DNA of 35,860 nucleotides from a virus. Taxonomy: Duplodnaviria; Caudoviricetes. The first letter of the stretch is position 1, and the number at the start of each line of letters is the position of its first letter. This document shows, one piece after another, positions 33,401 to 35,860 of this stretch. Position numbers and translations under genes: made by a program. Under the pieces are notes generated by a model. The model had not been told where the DNA came from. It did not search any database and saw nothing but the letters and a program-made list of their open reading frames with translations. The stretch covers positions 1 through 35,860 of the IMG/VR virus record IMGVR_UViG_3300016662_000067. The stretch is one strand, 5' to 3'.

Positions 33401-35175
33401 GACCCGCCGCCTTGCAGGACAGCAGCTTCGACGGGAGCGGTCGCCTCAACGCCAACATGGCTGCGTATCTGACCGGCGTGACGGTGGATAGCCTGCGCCC
33501 GCAGGAAGCTGGCGCGAACGTCACCGAAACGCGCGTTGCTTCGGCCATCACTGGTCAGGGGACCCTTGCTACTGCGAACAATGTCTCGTGGGGGGGGCAG
33601 GTTACCGGTAGGCCCGCTGCTCTCACTGACACTGTAACAGTTGACGGCCAGCCTCGTCTCATGTCCCACTACCTCTACGACGTTCTGGGCGGGACCAACT
33701 CTTACCTGCACACCCGCTGGCCCGCCGAGTTCGGAGCGAACGTCACCGAAACGCGGGTTGCGGCTGCGATCTCTGGGCAAGGCGACCTCGCCACCCGCAA
33801 TGCGGCCACCCTTCCGTTCGGCTCGAACTTCATCGTCAACAGCGACTTCGCTCGCGGCACCTACGGGTGGTTCGGCGCTGGGGGAACGAACTGGGGCGTG
33901 AACCTCGCAGGGTGGTTCGGACACCGCAACGTCATGTGGATGAACCAGCCCTTCACCCTCGCTGCTGGGGCGGTGCGCGACATCGCGCCCGATGCCCTGT
34001 GGAACGGTCGGGGTGTCGCCCGCGCGCCGCTCTATGCGCTGCCGGTGGTGTCTGGTGACCGTCTCTATGCGCGGGCGCTGATTGGTCGCCACCGCTGCAA
34101 CGCGCAGGTGTTGATCCTGCTCTTCGACAGCGAGGGGAACTACCTTACGGGCGACAGCGCCTCGGGAGGACTTGTCGGGGGTGGCGCTAACGGCGACCCC
34201 TCCAACTTCTCGCTGGTCTCGCTCGCCTACACGGTGAGCCATTCGTCGGCGCGATGGGCGCTCCCTGTCATCCGCATGGTGGGGACGGGTGAAGACGACG
34301 CCTACATCTTCTTCACCGAACCGGCGTTCGGAAAAATCCCTGCGGGGCAGACGGCGATCCCGTCCTACGTCTCTGGGCGGTCTGACACCAATGCCGACGC
34401 CACGGCCACCATTAACGGGCCAGCGGAACTCACGTTGAGCTATTCGTCCAGCCTTGCGCTCGCGTCGCCGCTGCCAGTGACCGGCACCTACCAGCTTGTC
34501 GAAGCCGGAACCGGCGCGGTGACGAGTGGGGTTACTTGGAGCGTCAGCGTGGTCTCCGGCAGTTTCTCGGGCGCGGCACCTTCTATGGTTGGGACCGGCA
34601 GTGGTCAGCTTCGCATCAACTCGGCGATGTCCTCGCCCGAGGCGGAATTGAAGATCACCGCGACCGTCGCGGGTCGCGCCTATCCCGCATTCTTGGTTAA
34701 GGTGTCGCGCAACGTCGCAGCGCCGGACAGCGGCAGCGTCACCGTTTCCGCCGCGCTGACCAGCGTCAACTCCTCCTCGTTCACGCGGGCGCACGGGAGC
34801 GACATCAGCATCACCCTTCCCTCGGGTGTTACCTCGGTGTCGCTGTCGGCAATCGCCGAACTGAGTATCAGCCCCGAGACGCCGACTGGGGCAACTGTCG
34901 GCGAGGGTAAGTGGCAGCGGGAGACAAGCCCCGGAACGTGGGCGGATGTTGGTGGCAGCGCCACGTCCTCGCCCAGCCCTGACGTGTATGACACCGGCCT
35001 GCTCGATGGCCTTGGCAACCCTGTCTATGCCGCCAACCCCGGCTCAATCGTCGTCACAGCCACCGCCACGGGGCTGTCGGCGGGGTCCACCCAGAAGTTC
35101 CGCTTCATGGCGCGTGTTTCGAGCGGCAACGTCCGCACGGTCACCTTCGATGGCAACGCGAGTGCATCAGCATGA
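30433..35175 (+). CDS. Central tail tip / host-specificity protein with repeat-built C-terminal half
   Basis: gpJ-like N-terminus (GVAYVVV, WEWTENP, IEEGDWV); five GANVTETRV repeats; two CBM-like domains. Confidence 0.88.
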   Translation: MAKVIKAVAAVGFIAIGALTGGIAFLPGTFLAFTVGAGTFTALGLAIGASLILQAVVGRPRRAASASTLQLGEQPRQAVLGRAAVAGSLVDIFSYGGKYGTDWEVLVIALADHRCDALEGFFVDDTYVAFTADGTVAGFNNQLQVFWRSGTWDQTVPSILTTNGPGWTANDRGRGVAYVVVAYKADASDAKNPVWPGGRPRFRWVVRGLRCYQARKDSTVGGSGAHRWNDPTTWEWTENPIDIRYNWVRGIYAGDRVTEPGMLLVGRGLSAIEAPPANVFARANICDEVVDGAPRYRIGGVVASTEPFIDVESDFAAAVAGTISQPEGAVEVNPGVAKSPIASFTDADLLVGSSVTWNERILGQQDDDWLNTVAARFVDPAQRWNVRSAPVRRDTADVIADGGPREAQPSLDFVTNLPQAQRVAEIIRRLGRLWGRAQVTLPPRFASIEEGDWVTWQSDRYFDGATLTFQVEAWGSNQAWHHQLTLRQISSSVYSDTAPLSDGVIASSQTPPPTVGTPGASAWVLTAAQITAGGVRVPALLVTGQSDDPAAQAVVIEYVQQTAAPDVSTQWRFAANARVGLSRIEVPVPGGGSYWVAVSYVVQGVLGDRRVLGPVTLPDFAYPDGVSIAGLKPAEAGANVTETRVAAFISGQGALATQNNVNLGTQVSGTLGVLNADAGLRNNAITIDTNGVLLGAGTSGVTVDNTRVAGFANQALDSEFTLGNTCWGESYVSGGTWDWNYFTALTSKRFLERSNASAIAGQQVNLGQTTTCGIPVVEGERIECSAIVSWTNMNTPKLYVGWFTAAGVYVGVEEVANAAFDTRVGGFVTVPSGLNIATAKVMVVCYVAANGWASARIAQPFIRRCPTSQAALSAYNPGPLHERGANVTETRVAAAITGQGALATSNNVSWGAQVTGRPNALTDLITVDGDTRVKAHYIYETLNGTNSYLHSRWPAEFGANVTETRVSAAIAGQGALATQNNASWSQVISRPAALQDSSFDGSGRLNANMAAYLTGVTVDSLRPQEAGANVTETRVASAITGQGTLATANNVSWGGQVTGRPAALTDTVTVDGQPRLMSHYLYDVLGGTNSYLHTRWPAEFGANVTETRVAAAISGQGDLATRNAATLPFGSNFIVNSDFARGTYGWFGAGGTNWGVNLAGWFGHRNVMWMNQPFTLAAGAVRDIAPDALWNGRGVARAPLYALPVVSGDRLYARALIGRHRCNAQVLILLFDSEGNYLTGDSASGGLVGGGANGDPSNFSLVSLAYTVSHSSARWALPVIRMVGTGEDDAYIFFTEPAFGKIPAGQTAIPSYVSGRSDTNADATATINGPAELTLSYSSSLALASPLPVTGTYQLVEAGTGAVTSGVTWSVSVVSGSFSGAAPSMVGTGSGQLRINSAMSSPEAELKITATVAGRAYPAFLVKVSRNVAAPDSGSVTVSAALTSVNSSSFTRAHGSDISITLPSGVTSVSLSAIAELSISPETPTGATVGEGKWQRETSPGTWADVGGSATSSPSPDVYDTGLLDGLGNPVYAANPGSIVVTATATGLSAGSTQKFRFMARVSSGNVRTVTFDGNASASA
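32341..33800 (+). repeat. Five intragenic GANVTETRVxxxIxGQGxLAT repeats
   Basis: Starts at 32341, 33082, 33304, 33511, 33733. Confidence 0.95.
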
Positions 35176-35510
35176 TCCTGATTGAGTCCCCCGATGGCAG
35201 CGAGCGCCAGTATGTGAGTTCGCTCGACGGCTACGCCGACTGGCGGGTCATCAGGAAGAAGGTCGCGCAGCCGAAGGACAACCCGCTCGAGCGGCCCTCG
35301 GTGGCGCACATGGCCTCGGTCCACGCCCAGAAGGCGATCGAGGCCACGCTGATCCTCTCCGGCTACGAGCTCACGGCGGGCCTGCTCGCTGCCGAAGCCG
35401 AGGCCCTGGGCGTGCCGATCGCCGATCTCGCCCGCCAAGTTCACGAGCGCCGCGCCGACGAGCGCGCGTTTGAAATCCAGCGCCGCATCTTCAAGAAAGG
35501 AACCACCTGA
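35172..35510 (+). CDS. Hypothetical protein, possible tail fibre chaperone
   Basis: ATGA coupling; LLAAEAEALGV...LARQV motif. Confidence 0.7.
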   Translation: MILIESPDGSERQYVSSLDGYADWRVIRKKVAQPKDNPLERPSVAHMASVHAQKAIEATLILSGYELTAGLLAAEAEALGVPIADLARQVHERRADERAFEIQRRIFKKGTT

Positions 35511-35860
35511 TGCCCACCTTTACCGGAACCGATGCCAAGCTCGCCGTCGTCGCCTTCTTCGGCGCGCACTCCGCAAGCCTGCCGGATCACACCCGCGAGA
35601 AGCTGACCGAGGCGATCGCCACCAACGACCTGCTCGGCACGATCATCCCGGCGATGGAGGCGCTCTACGCCGCCCGGAGCGAGCTCAACGCCGAAGGGGT
35701 CGAGCTGCTCTACGACCTCGCTTTCTTCGTCAGCGCCAACAACTTCTACGGGAAGGCGGTGCGCGCCGGCCAGATCTCGGGCGTGGCCGATCGCATCGCG
35801 GCGGGCGGCGCGGCCATCGAGAGCGACGACATCGAGACCGAGCCCGGCTTCGAGGCGCCC
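35510..35860 (+). CDS. Hypothetical protein, truncated by the window end
   Basis: AAGGA SD, TGATG coupling, open to the end (MPTFTGTDAKLAVV...). Confidence 0.7.
   Translation, partial: MPTFTGTDAKLAVVAFFGAHSASLPDHTREKLTEAIATNDLLGTIIPAMEALYAARSELNAEGVELLYDLAFFVSANNFYGKAVRAGQISGVADRIAAGGAAIESDDIETEPGFEAP

Larger units (their letters stand above)
4..35860 (+). mobile_element. Mu-like transposable prophage (siphovirus tail), right end outside window
   Basis: Repressor/Cro switch, DDE transposase plus AAA ATPase, GemA, Mor-like, Mu gp26-28-like genes, head and tail modules in Mu-like order; no integrase seen. Left boundary (TG at 4) is tentative. Confidence 0.93.

Noticed and set aside
32341-33800. 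Tail repeats as a diversity-generating retroelement or CRISPR array
   Set aside because: Repeats are in-frame coding units with mostly synonymous differences; no reverse transcriptase or cas genes, and spacing is far too long for CRISPR.
30433-35860. Mu-like invertible G segment, gin, com/mom
   Set aside because: No invertase or inverted fibre genes are visible; they could lie beyond the window.

Overview
The whole window is one GC-rich Mu-type (transposable) siphophage/prophage, probably from an alphaproteobacterium (Sphingomonadales-like; inferred from gene content). It appears to start at or near its left end and is cut off in the distal tail region. Order: putative left end with repeated motifs; three exported proteins co-oriented with an S24/CI-type repressor; divergent early operon (Cro/Ner-like, ParB-like, adenine MTase, two tandem pairs of small DNA-binding paralogs, MuA-type transposase, MuB-type ATPase, GemA, Mor/C-like activator); lysis block (lysozyme, embedded spanin pair, TraR/DksA, holin candidate); Mu-type gp25/26/27/28 packaging genes. 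The head module that follows is HK97-type rather than Mu-type (portal fused to a gpF-like domain, S78 protease, HK97 capsid) and is split by an antisense nuclease cassette. A non-contractile tail module follows, with a -1 frameshift chaperone and a repeat-built tail-tip protein. Non-coding signals read from the sequence: a shared palindrome before the lysis and capsid genes, an RBS-sequestering capsid leader, a central 10-bp-periodic gyrase-site candidate and three hairpins after the capsid. Product calls are by motif recognition only; no searches were run.
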